From the NCBI RefSeq assembly GCF_001194135.2, contig NC_068982.1, positions 188,418,611-188,482,610 of the forward strand: a DNA stretch of 64,000 nucleotides, written 5' to 3'. Source of the stretch: Octopus bimaculoides. Taxonomy: Eukaryota. Shown here piece by piece: positions 1-12,000 of the stretch (position 1 is its first letter; every line of letters starts with the position of its first letter). The notes beneath the pieces are model-generated. The model worked only from the letters and a program-made list of their open reading frames with translations, was not told where the DNA came from and ran no database searches. The translations under genes were made by a program, and so were the position numbers.

Positions 1-10
1 ATATATAGTA

Positions 11-365
11 TATGGCTGTGTGGTAAGTAGCTTGCTTACCAACCACAGGGTTCCGGGTTCAGTCCCACTGCGTGGCACCTTGGGCAAGTGTCTTCTACTA
101 TAGCCTTGGGCCGACCAAAGCCTTCTGAGTGGATTTGGTAGACGGAAACTGAAAGAAGCCCGTCGTATATATATATGTGTGTGTGTGTGTGTGCATGTAT
201 GTATATATGTTGTGTATCTGTGTTTGTCCCCCCCAACATCGCTTGACAACCGATGCTGGTGTGTTTAGGTCCCCGTAACTTAGCGGTTCGGCAAAAGCGA
301 CCGATAGAATAAGTACTAGGCTTACAAAGAATAAGTCCTGAATAAGTGACTGAAACAAGTAAAAT
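11..365 (+). mobile_element. tRNA-derived SINE family A (octopus-type), representative copy
   Basis: A/B-box-like head (ggctgtgtggtaag...gggttcagtccc), internal (TA/TG)n, tail gactgaaacaagtaaaa. Other copies at ~9165-9575(-), 14910-15310(+), 16497-16660(+), 16690-17120(-), 17695-18070(+), 20766-21115(+), 22800-23005(+), 30395-30965(-), 34165-34560(-), 38335-38880(-), 43225-43580(+), 53885-54220(+), 54770-55180(+), 56500-56705(+), 57420-57770(-). Confidence 0.9.
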
Positions 366-974
366 AATAAAAAAAAAGAAAAATACATAAAAATAGGGGT
401 GGGGAAGCTGAGGGTATTATGTGGCTAAGAGGGAGGCGGTGGCCCACAAAGTTTGAGAACCTCTGCTCTAAAGTAATTTTAATCTCGGACTTAACGTGGA
501 TGTTGTGTTAAAACACAAAATATTGTGTTATTTACTTTGAGAGGATCACTCGTATAGACTCGTGGTACACAGAAGCATTAAATATAGTGTTTTATTGAAG
601 TTTAAAAAAAAACTTCACAAATTGTTTTCGAAGTTTTTCAGCTTCACTAAAACAATTGAGAGAGAGAGAGCGGGGGAGGACCAAAACAATAGAATACTGA
701 ACAGCTGACAATTTGTTGTTATCTTATCGTTTTGTTTTAAGGACAAAATACTGTTTCACTCTCAACGGTCGGAGCCATGTAGAGTTCCGAAAAATCAATA
801 TTCCAACTGCATCATTTATGGAATCGGTAAATGTTTCTGTATAGGTAGAATTTGTACACCTCACTAAATATTTTGTAGTTCCGTCACTTGTACTTTTTAA
901 GCTTATATCATTAGAGTATTTAAGAATGAAAAAAAAATTTCGCCGGCACTGCATCTAAAACTGCAGCTAGTAAA

Positions 975-1390
975 GAGATATATTATGCCAAATGTCCTCA
1001 ATGGGGCAGAAACTTGAACAATGTACACAGTTATGGAGAAAAAAACAGAAGCCTTTCAAAGGTAGATCGTTCGCAGACTGGACAGAATAAGCTGGAGAGA
1101 CGGGTTAACTAATGCAATACTGAAAAAAACTAAACGTGCAAAGGTATCTATTATCGAGAATCAAGTGCACAAAGCTATCATGTTTTGGAAAGATAATGCA
1201 CCACGATTCACCTTTCTGTGTTGACGGGAAGAGCAAGAGGTTATCAAAGACTTTTGTTCACAGACGACATTGAAGAATGGACCGAAAAGAGGAGCCATGC
1301 TGTTTGTATGCATGCAGCAGAACAGAGGGAACTAGAAAGTAATTGGGTAAGCCACTCACTGGACACAGAAAGGGCACCTAGCTAAAGATG
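975..1390 (+). mobile_element. Degenerate RTE-clade LINE 3' fragment (in MAIP1 intron 1)
   Basis: Broken frames read NGAETW..EKKTEAFQ...RRLDRISWRD...KLSCFGKIMHHDS, typical of the RTE ORF C-terminus. Confidence 0.7.
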
Positions 1391-2240
1391 GCTAATCATT
1401 ACGGCATCATCGTTGGTTTTCATTCCCAAAGAGTTGATAAAATTAATAATATACTGACAGACGTTCAACTGAAGACATTTCCCCCTCACAGAAATTCGTG
1501 TTGTATGCAAGAAACTAACATTTGCCAATAATATTAACGAAATATCTCATAACATTTTAAATAGTTGCGAAAAGCTTCGATAAAACACTGATTGTTGGGG
1601 GAGGGGGGATTTTCATTCATTGATTCGTTAATGAGAGAGAAATTCTATAGGAGGAGGGCTGGGTTGAGCTAAGTTCATGCATTGTTTCTGACAAACTGAC
1701 TTATCTGAGAAATACTGGCAATGTTTGATATAATAATTAAATAACAGTTTTTCTCGAGTTTTTTAGTTGGTTACCGTGAGCGACCAGAGATTTCGACAAC
1801 CGAGTTAAGCTGAGACCAGTTGTTCTCTTTAGGGTCACAAAAAAAAATTTCACCCTCAACAGCTGCTAACAAGACCCAAAATGGAATATTGGTCCCTCAT
1901 TTGAGGCGGTGCAATTGCTATACATACAAACATCCTCGATGCATACCCCGTCTCCTCCTAAAAACACTCGAGTCTCCCACAAACACATTAATCCACAGAC
2001 AGTTTCTTCACTCAGTATTTTTTTAATTCTACGACAGTGGCTTCATCTCCTCCAACTTAGGTGCATCTATCTCACCTGTCTGGAAGGGCCTTGCAATAGC
2101 CACGGGCACAGTTCCCTTCCTTTCAGTTCAAACCATTGAAAAAGAAAATTAAATAAAATAAACAAACTTTAGAAAAGTATAATATGACTTGCTCAATGTT
2201 AAATCATATATATTTTTCCTTATTTTTCATAAGTACACAC

Positions 2241-2705
2241 CTGTTCTGAGCCAGTTAGGAAAGAATCTATGGAAAAGCTGTGATCATAATATCCTTGAAT
2301 TAATTTAGAAAACCACCAGTTTCGGAAGGATTTTATCGGACTCGGCCAGATTATTTCAGGAAAATCCATTAATTTCAAACAGGGTTTATCCGATTTGTCA
2401 TCGTGATATGATCTGTGTAAAAAAGTTCCAAGTCGAGCAGCAGTAGCATATCGCTGCTTGGAGAGAATTAAAGAATGTGTTGAATGAAATGACTTGTGTG
2501 AAGAGTGTCCCTGTAGAGGTCGATGCAAAGCTATCGGGTTTCTTTTAACATTGGCATGCGAAAAGTTTAGAAACCGAATCAGCTTAACCTTGTTGGCATG
2601 AAGATATTTCCTAGAAAGTAAGGACATTGAAAGAATAACGTTAGAAGCGGCGGAAAGACAGTGTCTGTGATAATTAAGGACATATCTCAGCCCTGAAGCT
2701 GCCAT
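2241..2705 (-). CDS. MAIP1: m-AAA protease-interacting protein 1 (C2orf47), coding exon 1 (155 codons); later exons not found in window
   Basis: ORF starts with a basic/hydroxylated mitochondrial-presequence-like region. It ends IIWPSPIKSFRNWWFSKLIQGYYDHSFSIDSFLTGSEQ, resembling human MAIP1 ...SNPINWVRTRIKAFLIWAYFDKEFSITEFSEGAKQ (from memory). Phase-0 donor CAG|GTGTGT at 2241. Lies head-to-head with TYW5 as in human. Confidence 0.85.
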
Positions 2706-2977
2706 GCTTAGGTTTGATGGTGGAACAAGGTCTTACACCGCTTAACGGTTGACTTTTATACAGATACGGTTGTTTAGTTCTCATTCTTTATTCAACAGAA
2801 AATTAAAAGACACCTTTAATTGATATTTATCATCTGAAATAATTTTTGAAATATAAATTACAATTTATAATATTTATTTGCACAATGTGTAAAGATGAAT
2901 GAAACCTCTGTTTCTGGTATAAAATATGAAGAGGGACTATTTAGGCACGACACCCATAGAAATACATTTCTTGTTGG
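2706..2977. promoter_or_regulatory. Putative bidirectional promoter/5' UTRs between MAIP1 and TYW5
   Basis: Only 272 bp separate the two divergent ATGs (2705 on -, 2978 on +). AT-rich and repeat-free. Confidence 0.7.
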
Positions 2978-3091
2978 ATGATGGAATTAATTTCTGGTTG
3001 TGAAAATTGTGATCGGAGGTCAAAGGTCAAACAACTGCAATATATTTCTGGAATTTCTTGCGAAGAATTTAAAAATGTGATATACCCGAAG
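2978..3091 (+). CDS. TYW5: TYW5 exon 1 (MMELISGCENCDRRSKVKQLQYISGISCEEFKNVIYPK)
   Basis: ATG preceded by in-frame TAG at 2957. GISCEEFKNVIYPK matches human GVSREQFMQHLYPQ. Phase-0 donor AAG|GTACC. Confidence 0.85.
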
Positions 3092-3676
3092 GTACCAATA
3101 TACTAAATCTTTATTTTCCTGCTTAACTTCAGTTTCGTAATGTGTGTTCTAAACACATTCCATGGAATAATAAATTTCTCCTCATCGCATTTCCAAATTG
3201 CATTTTCTCCGTTTTGACCGGGTTTTTTCAAATTATTTTACACCAAACACTTCAAAAGAATGTTGGACAGCCCTTTATGAAAAAAACCAAAATATCGACA
3301 CAAGTGTGCCCCCCCCCCCTACGCTCTAATTTGTCTTCACATAACTTCCAGAGAAATGGGTATTTTTAATTAATTTCTTTTTTTTTATAAATACAGATTC
3401 CAATTATATCGGAATTTGTTGTGGAATTTTGTTTTTTTCCGAGGATGGAGAGAATAGTTACAGAAAATTCACACCAGTTGCCTATGTTTCCTCGTACCTT
3501 CCAAAAAAATTGGGTATTTTTAAATGAAATTTTGGCACTATCATGCTATTAGCTGTCAGAAGTGAAAGTGCTCACTGCTAGTGAAGTATCTGTCTGTCTG
3601 TCTGCCTGCCTGTTGCTGGCCTGTCGATTCTTTGGCTACTGACAGCTAATACCATGACTGGCCGGAGCGAGCTATA

Positions 3677-3707
<31 letters not shown>

Positions 3708-3711
3708 ATCT

Positions 3712-4149
3712 NNNNNNNNNNNNNNNNNNNNNNNNNNNNNNNNNNNNNNNNNNNNNNNNNNNNNNNNNNNNNNNNNNNNNNNNNNNNNNNNNNNNNNNNN
3801 NNNNNNNNNNNNNNNNNNNNNNNNNNNNNNNNNNNNNNNNNNNNNNNNNNNNNNNNNNNNNNNNNNNNNNNNNNNNNNNNNNNNNNNNNNNNNNNNNNNN
3901 NNNNNNNNNNNNNNNNNNNNNNNNNNNNNNNNNNNNNNNNNNNNNNNNNNNNNNNNNNNNNNNNNNNNNNNNNNNNNNNNNNNNNNNNNNNNNNNNNNNN
4001 NNNNNNNNNNNNNNNNNNNNNNNNNNNNNNNNNNNNNNNNNNNNNNNNNNNNNNNNNNNNNNNNNNNNNNNNNNNNNNNNNNNNNNNNNNNNNNNNNNNN
4101 NNNNNNNNNNNNNNNNNNNNNNNNNNNNNNNNNNNNNNNNNNNNNNNNN
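3712..4149. other. Assembly gap (N); other gaps at ~8277-8928, 13360-13867, 18072-18340, 19739-20442, 21979-22289, 32508-32613, 41325-41333, 41991-42035, 42583-43204, 56005-56463
   Basis: Runs of N. Confidence 0.99.
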
Positions 4150-5084
4150 CCTGTCGATTCTTTGGCTACTGACAGCTAATAGTTATGAAGAAACAAAGTT
4201 GTGGGGAGGGACACACTTTTGTAGGTAACCCCAGAATTATTTTTAAAGTCTATCATTTTTCGTTCCCTCCTACTCCTACCCGGGGCACCCGAAAGATTTT
4301 CCAGTCGTTTTTACACCGTTGTACTTTAAAACAATGGGCGGTGGGGAAGCTTTTTTTAAAACTAAAATTTGAAATCCATGACCTTATGATTTTGGAATGT
4401 AACTCCTGCTCTGGCGTACGACGGTGATCATCTTTACAATTTTCCCCTCTTTTTTTTTAACACAAAATGAAACTTAAAAATCCATCGTAAGAACCCTGTG
4501 GATGAAGATGGGAATCATAGACTTTTAAAATGTTTTATATATATATAAAGGCCCCATCATCTTGAAGTGCGTGGTGGAAATAAAATATTGATAAACCCCC
4601 ATGAAAACGGAGAAAATCGAACATGTGGGTGAGCTATTCCAAAACTCCGCCGAAGGGTTAAATTATTTAAATATGACAAAATAAATGAGATGTGGTGTCG
4701 TTCATTCCTTTCCGTTCAAGGTATTAAATAAATAAACGAAAGGGACCCTAATTCAAAATAAACCACAAAATTTTTTGCCTGCATTTAATTTGAAACCGGT
4801 TAAATTTATATTGGAGAGGACAATGTTTGAGTAATTCAGTAATTAGATTTCTTGAAAAAATATCTTCTGCAATTATCTTCAGGAGCCCTGAAATATGGTT
4901 TATGGTGAAAAGACTAAAGTTTTACGGTAGGGGCTGATAATTGACTTAGAGAGAGAGAAAAAAAAAAACATTCACATGAGCAAGGGAAATAACTCCGAAC
5001 TAATTATAGCAGTCGCTAGAAACAGCAGTCAGATTTCTTTAATATTTCACCCTACCGTCTTTAATAATCCTTTCTGAAATTTAG

Positions 5085-5235
5085 TGGGAGAGGGCCAGTT
5101 GATTAGATCGACCCCAGTATGCAACTGGTACTTAATTTATTGACCCCGAAAGGATGAAAGGCAAATTCGACCTCGGCGGAATTTGAACTCGGAACGTAGA
5201 CAGACGAAATACCGCTAAGCATTTCGCCCAAACGT
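5085..5235 (-). mobile_element. SINE family E (ggcagaa-cgttagc...gagttcaaattcc head), representative copy
   Basis: Shared core gaccccgaaaggatgaaaggcaaagtcgacctcggcggaatttgaactc. Also at ~7010-7150, 12040-12250, 15430-15650, 15690-15890, 36570-36800, 47730-47945, 48000-48170, 48250-48470. Confidence 0.8.
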
Positions 5236-6410
5236 CTCAAATAATGGAGAGTATGGTTGTTGGTGTATTAAATTGTAGCATGGTCACGTGTAGGATGTCT
5301 TTGATGATAGGTTTGTTCAATCGGAACAGATAATTGGTACTTAACAACTCGAAGAGAATTTCGAGAAATAACGACCAAATCTCGCTCAAATTGCATCGTA
5401 CCAAATTAATAAAGAAGGAGCATCATCATCATCATCATCATCATCATTTGAAGTCGTTTTCCATGCTGGCATGGATCTGATGGTTTGAGAGGAGCTGGTC
5501 TGCCAGAGAGTTGTACTAGGCTCAATTTGTCTTTTTTTGGCATGGTTTCTACAGCCAGATGACCTTCTTAATGCCAGTCACTTTATAGAGTGGACAGGGT
5601 GCCTATTATGTGGCACACGCACCAATGGGGTCACCAAGTAGCTTACAAGAGAAAGACCTCTTAGCTGAAAGATGGCGTGGAAGTGAGGGAAGTAGTTGGG
5701 ATTAGAGTATGATAGAAGGACGGGGAGAGTTGTCGATACTATAGAGATTATGCTTGGCTACTTAAGTAGGAGAGGAAGAGGAGAGAGAATTAGAGAGACA
5801 GTGAGAGAGAGAGAGAAATAGATGGTTGGAGATGTATTAGGGCCTATCTACAGGGAACTGGGTTGTTGGGTGGGGGAGTATAAGTAAGATAGAGAGGGAT
5901 GCTCCATTAGAGTTTGTGGGGACATGTCTAGAAGAGATGGGGAAGACGTAGCTGAAGTGAGTGAGGGTGAGAGAAATTGGAGTGGCTGGGAAGGGGGCGG
6001 TGTGGTTGATATGCTGGAGCTTGGAGAGTATGTGGCTTGGCACGTGAGGGACTTGCCGTGGGATGTGGGAGGATGCTTGGAAGATGGGTTGTAGGGGTGT
6101 TTTGATAGAGGACAGATTATGTGGGAGTGGTGGGGGTGGCATGATTGTAAAGGACAAGTTTGTATGATAACACACAGTCTTTGGTGAGACAGGTGTAAAC
6201 TGTTATTGGCAGACTTCCAGAATAACTACCGTTACCTGACAGAGAAGGAAAGGGGCAAGGAATTGGGTCCTTGTTTGTTTCTGTGAAAGTAGTTGTTGTC
6301 AGGTAACTCAGTACGAGCCATTGACCTATCATGAAATCATTTTAAAAATCACAGAAAAGAGAAATTGAACCTAGTGCAACTCTCTGGTTGACCAGCTCCT
6401 CTCAAACCAC

Positions 6411-6564
6411 CTTGTGATGCTCCTTTGACCAGTTCTGAGAATGGTAAAGTAATAAAGGAAAACCAACAAGAAGAAATCATCATCATCATCATCACCATTT
6501 CCATGCTGGCATGGGTTGGACAATTTGACAGGAGCTGGCAAGGCTGGAGAGCTGCGCCAGGCTC
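6411..6564 (-). pseudogene. Inverted partial duplicate of TYW5 intron 2 end + first ~40 nt of exon 3
   Basis: Reverse complement matches 8929-9083 (TLPFSELVKGASQ visible in ORF track 6349..6693 -). The acceptor is altered. Confidence 0.9.
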
Positions 6565-7927
6565 CAATTGTCTGTTCTGGCATGGTTTTCTACAACTGGA
6601 TGTCCTTCCTAATGCCAACCACTTTACAAAGTGGACTCGGTGTATTTCATGTGACACCAAGTTTATTTCCCAGTTGTGATGGGTCAGCCACAAATTGCTG
6701 TTAATTTCTTGTAGATCCTAGTTGTATGTCTCTCCTGAGGTGTAACTGTCCCTGTGGAAAACGTCAAATGATGGTGATGTCGTTCCTTCACTATTAATTT
6801 GGTAGGATGCAATTTGAGTGAGATTTGGTTGTTATTTCTCGAAGTTCAAGCGACCGTGTAGGAGTTCTCTTGGAGTTGTTGTTAAGTACCAACTTCTACC
6901 TCACCTCATGATTATGACATGTATTGAAATATAATTAATTTGTTTCAATTAATCTTTTAAATGATGACAAATTTAGTAAAATAACTTTGTCATTATTATG
7001 CTGGTACATGGCAGTAAACTGACAGAATCATCATCATGCCAGACAAAATACTTAGTGGCATTTCATCTGTCTTTACATTCTGAGTTCAAATTCCACCAAG
7101 GTTGACTTGACCTTTCATCTTTCTCAGGTCAATAAAACAAATACCAGTTGTACATTATTTATATTTGAGAGATATTTGTCTTCATCTTGTTTGTTGTTAA
7201 CACAACGTTTCAGCTGATATACCCTCCAGCCTTCATCAGGTGTCTTGGAGAAATTTCGAACCTGGGTTCTCATTCCTAAGGTATTTTTTGATATTATTAT
7301 TATTATTCAGATCACTGCTTGGAATCGAACTCAGAATCTTAGGGTTAGTAGCCCATGGGCACTGAGGGTGATGTAATTGATTTACGCCTTCCCTGAAATT
7401 GCTGGCCTTGCACCAAAATTTAAAACTATTATTAAGCTAGTGTTTGGATCATAAACGAACACGAAATTTTGATGGTAAATTTTAAATAAAATCACTTTAA
7501 AACAGGAAGTTTGTATCCTAAAACAGTTGAGGTGGTGACAGGGCCAGATTTATGTAAGGCCCATGGCCCCCAACAGGCCCTAGGTGCTGGGAGGGCCCCT
7601 TTAACTCAGAGAGCCCTAAAAGCTTGGAGTTAAAAATTAAAAGAAATTATTTTAGGCTTCCACACAGTTTCTGTTCACCAAATTCATTTAAAGATCTGAT
7701 CATCTCAGGTCTATAGTAGAAGACACTTTATCCAAGTGACTGTGACGTGGGACTGAACCTGAAACCTCATTCATATCCCCAAACTTCTGAACCAGTCATG
7801 CCTCTGCCTTAAGCCATACCAATGCCATCTAGGAACTGAACTTTCATCAGGAACTTTCCCCTTTGTTCTTTCACAAACGCACTGTTTATATGAAATGTTC
7901 ACCCACCATTCTCTTCTTTAACAACAG

Positions 7928-8082
7928 CGAGTTCCAGTTGTGCTTAGAGGATTCGACCTTGGATCCTGTACGAGTAAATGGACCGTAGAGTATTTGATAT
8001 CACAGGCTGGAGGCCAAAATGTTACCACTCATGTCTCAGAAAACCCACAGATGGATTTTCTAAGTAAAAATTTTCTCTATCG
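7928..8082 (+). CDS. TYW5: TYW5 exon 2 (RVPVVLRGFDLGSCTSKWTVEYLISQAGGQNVTTHVSENPQMDFLSKNFLYR)
   Basis: ACAG| acceptor, CG|GTAAG donor, 155 nt. Strong match to human [23 protein letters not shown]...QMDFISKNFVYR. Confidence 0.95.
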
Positions 8083-9042
8083 GTAAGTTTTCACTTTCAT
8101 CATCATCATCATCATCATCATCATTTATTTTTTTAAGTCCACTTTTCCATCATCATCATCATCATCATCGTTTAACGTCCATTTTCCATGCTGGCATGGG
8201 TTGGGCGGTTTGACTGAGGTCTGGAGAGCCAGCAGCTGCACCAGGCTCCAATCTGATCTGTCAATGTTTCTACAGTNNNNNNNNNNNNNNNNNNNNNNNN
8301 NNNNNNNNNNNNNNNNNNNNNNNNNNNNNNNNNNNNNNNNNNNNNNNNNNNNNNNNNNNNNNNNNNNNNNNNNNNNNNNNNNNNNNNNNNNNNNNNNNNN
8401 NNNNNNNNNNNNNNNNNNNNNNNNNNNNNNNNNNNNNNNNNNNNNNNNNNNNNNNNNNNNNNNNNNNNNNNNNNNNNNNNNNNNNNNNNNNNNNNNNNNN
8501 NNNNNNNNNNNNNNNNNNNNNNNNNNNNNNNNNNNNNNNNNNNNNNNNNNNNNNNNNNNNNNNNNNNNNNNNNNNNNNNNNNNNNNNNNNNNNNNNNNNN
8601 NNNNNNNNNNNNNNNNNNNNNNNNNNNNNNNNNNNNNNNNNNNNNNNNNNNNNNNNNNNNNNNNNNNNNNNNNNNNNNNNNNNNNNNNNNNNNNNNNNNN
8701 NNNNNNNNNNNNNNNNNNNNNNNNNNNNNNNNNNNNNNNNNNNNNNNNNNNNNNNNNNNNNNNNNNNNNNNNNNNNNNNNNNNNNNNNNNNNNNNNNNNN
8801 NNNNNNNNNNNNNNNNNNNNNNNNNNNNNNNNNNNNNNNNNNNNNNNNNNNNNNNNNNNNNNNNNNNNNNNNNNNNNNNNNNNNNNNNNNNNNNNNNNNN
8901 NNNNNNNNNNNNNNNNNNNNNNNNNNNNGAGCCTGGCGCAGCTCTCCAGCCTTGCCAGCTCCTGTCAAATTGTCCAACCCATGCCAGCATGGAAATGGTG
9001 ATGATGATGATGATGATTTCTTCTTGTTGGTTTTCCTTGTAG

Positions 9043-9112
9043 GATTTTACCATTCTCAGAACTGGTCAAACGAGCATCACAAGATTCTAATGAAGAATTT
9101 TTCATTTGTCCG
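9043..9112 (+). CDS. TYW5: TYW5 exon 3 (ILPFSELVKRASQDSNEEFFICP)
   Basis: Pyrimidine tract + TGTAG| acceptor, CCG|GTCAG donor, 70 nt, phase compatible with exon 2. Matches human TLPFDQLVQRAAEEKHKEFFVSE. Confidence 0.92.
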
Positions 9113-9755
9113 GTCAGTTCATTTCTTTGATAATTTTCCTTCAAATTCTTTGTTTTTGCTTTTTTATTGCATTCCTTTTATTTTTTGCTTGTTTCAGTCA
9201 TTAGGCTGTGGCCATGCTGGGGCACCACCTACAAGAATGCTAGTCAAACGAATTGACCACACTACCATTTGTTTCAGCCTAGTACTTATTGTATCAATAT
9301 CTTTTGCTGAAATGCTAAGTTACAGGAATGTAAACAAACCAACATCAGTTCTGAAGTGATGGTGGGAGACAAACAGATGCAGAGACACACATGCACATTT
9401 ATATATACATACACTCACAACGGGCTTCCTTCAGTTTCCTTCTACCAAATCTACTCGCAAGGCTTTGGTCATCCCAAGGCTATTGCAGAACACACTTGCC
9501 CAAGGTGCCACAAAGTGGGACTGAACCCAGAACCATATGGTTGGAAAGCAAGCTGCTTACCCAACAGCCATGCCTCCACCTTTGTAAAGATTTTTTTTCT
9601 TAAATGGACTGAAACATTAAACATAACTTTTTTCAAAAAAAAGAAGAGATACATTTAAATACTTTTACTTGTGTCAGTCATTAGACAACAGCCATGCTGG
9701 AGCACCACCTTGAAAGGTTTATGTTTATTTATTTATCTAATTATTTATTCTTTAG

Positions 9756-9938
9756 GAGGAGAAATACTATCTGCGTTCCTTGGGAGGTGACCCACGAAAT
9801 ACAGTTGCAAACATCGAAGAACAGTTTCCACAAATAGCAAATGATTTGAACATTCCAGATCTTTTTCCTGCCAAATCCTTCTTCTCCAGTGTCTTTCGTA
9901 TTGCTTCAAAATCAACCCAACTCTGGACCCACTATGAT
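9756..9938 (+). CDS. TYW5: TYW5 exon 4 ([61 protein letters not shown])
   Basis: TTTAG| acceptor, GAT|GTAAGT donor, 183 nt. Contains [18 protein letters not shown] and the JmjC HxD motif LWTHYD. Confidence 0.97.
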
Positions 9939-10815
9939 GTAAGTAAGACCAGACCCTAACAACTCTGTAAGTAAGAGGTAACCATTCATTAGAATTCTTT
10001 TTTACCATCTAGGTGTCACAGAGGCAAAGTTTCCTTTCGAGTGTTGGGCCTCACAGAGGCAAAGTGGCTGAGTTCCTTTCAGATATTTTTGCCTCAGGAT
10101 TTTGGGCCATAGGAAAGTTTGCTGTATTGGAAATTTTTCTGCAAGACAATTTCACCAAAAAATATGAATTCCTCCCTTGGTATATAATTGTTTCAACCAA
10201 CATATATTATATTATTATAGCAAAGCTACAGGAGTAGGGGTCAGCAAAATGAAGCAATCTAAAACAGGATTATGTTTTCAAAAAAAAAAAATTAAATTTC
10301 TGCTTAAATAAAAAGTAATGCAAAATAAATATGATAACGTTTACAAAGAACAAAAAGAAAACAAAAAAACAATTAAATCTAAAACAGAATTATAAAAAGC
10401 ATATATATATATAAAAACTAATTTTTTTCAGAGCTGTAATTTCTCTAAATCAGGTTGCCTGCCATTATCTTCAAAATTTCCTATACGGCAAAGTTTCCTA
10501 CTCTCGGAGTGGTTGGCATGAGGAAGGGTATCCAGGTGTAGAAACTTTGCCAGATCAGATTGGAGCCTGGTGCAGCCGCTGGCTCTCCAGACCTCAGTCA
10601 AACTGTTCAACCCATGCTAGCATGGAAAGCAGACGTTAAACGATAATGATGATGATGGTATATAGAAATACACACACGCACATTCATACATACATGTGTG
10701 CATGGATGTATCTGTTTTTGCTGGTCCCAGCCATTAAACTGGAGAGCCATGATGCAGCACTGCCTTAATATACTTGAATTTATATACCTTTTTTTTTTTT
10801 AATTTTTTTAATTAG

Positions 10816-10903
10816 ATCATGGATAATATACTGATGCAAATCAAAGGCCGTAAACGAGTTGTGCTGTTTAGCCCCCAGGATGCTCACTACCTTTATCTCC
10901 AAG
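10816..10903 (+). CDS. TYW5: TYW5 exon 5 ([30 protein letters not shown])
   Basis: ATTAG| acceptor, AAG|GTACGT donor, 88 nt. Matches human [30 protein letters not shown]. Confidence 0.96.
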
Positions 10904-10979
10904 GTACGTAGTTTCTATCAGCGTTTACTTTACTTAAACAATGAATGGAAGTTTTTTCTTTTTGATTTGATTATTTTAT

Positions 10980-11460
10980 CTCATCATCATCATCATCATC
11001 ATCGTTTAATGTCTGCTTTCCATGCTAGCATGAGTTGGACGATTTGACTGAGGACTGGCAAACCAGCAGGCTACACCAGGCTCCAATCCAATCTGGCAAG
11101 GTTTCTACAGCTGGATGCCCTTCCTAACACCAACCACTTCGAGAGTGTAGTGGGTGCTTTTACGTGCCTCCGGCACGAGGGCCAGTCACACAGTACTGGC
11201 AATGGCCATGCTCAAAATGGTGTTTTTTAAGTGCCACCTGCACAGGAGCCAATCCAGTGGCACTGGCAACGACCTCGCTTGAATGTTTTCTAACATGCCA
11301 CTGGCACAAGTGCCAGTAAGGCGACGCTGGTAACGATAACACTCAAATGGTGCTATATACGTGCCACTGGCACAGAAACCAGACAGCTGCTCTGGCAATG
11401 ACCACACTCAGATGGTGCTGTTAGCACACCACTGGCACAGGTGCCAGTCATCGAATATGG
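10980..11460 (+). mobile_element. Repeat family B: (CAT)n-tttaacgtcc...catgctagcatgggttggac retroelement end with internal tandem ~55-70-bp subunits; representative copy
   Basis: Recurrent RTE-like 3' end with (GAT)n tail. Other copies at ~5420-5640, 6475-6660, 8150-8276, 10490-10655, 13990-14220, 15975-16270, 21660-21978, 30620-30780, 32350-32730, 37200-37645, 44155-44640, 48490-48890, 50720-51110, 61220-61480, 62425-62780. Confidence 0.85.
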
Positions 11461-11559
11461 TTCAATTATGATTTCGATTTCACTTGCATTATATGAATAT
11501 TGAGTTCTCACACCAGGCTATTAGAATCACTGAGCCTAAGCGAAATAATAATAATTATT

Positions 11560-12000
11560 ATTGAGCGAGAGCGCATTGCAAACCATGAAACTGACACTGG
11601 GGTAAAATATGCGAAGCCCATTATACCCATCATGACTACCCGTCTGATAAGGGTACACCAGGCACATGCATCACAACCATATGTGCACAACATGGTGATC
11701 TCATATCAAGATAAACAGTGCATGACCTTGCAGGTGGGGCCCAGTTAGAATTTTCTTCAGGTCAAATAGCGCATCCCACTCAAAAGGTCCCTAAATAAGG
11801 GTTGTTTAAGGAAGTTGAACGAAACACCCATGTTTCCAAAGGGGAATTATCCAAACCCCAAAGAATTCCTCCCCCACTACTTCTGCTCCTGATCAGAGAT
11901 GCACCTATCGTCAGCCACCAAGGGACATGCTCAACTAGTTAAGGTCAAACAACTGACAAGCAAATCTGTGGTATTGAGCAGAATATTTGCTGTAGCCCAT
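11560..12000 (+). mobile_element. Repeat family D copy (second copy at ~47230-47697, opposite strand)
   Basis: ~440-bp near-identical sequence present twice in opposite orientation, each next to an (AAT)n tail. Confidence 0.85.

Noticed and set aside
3620-4180. 31-bp direct repeat (3620-3650 and 4150-4180) flanking a gap
   Set aside because: Typical overlap of contig ends across an over-estimated gap; likely an assembly artefact.
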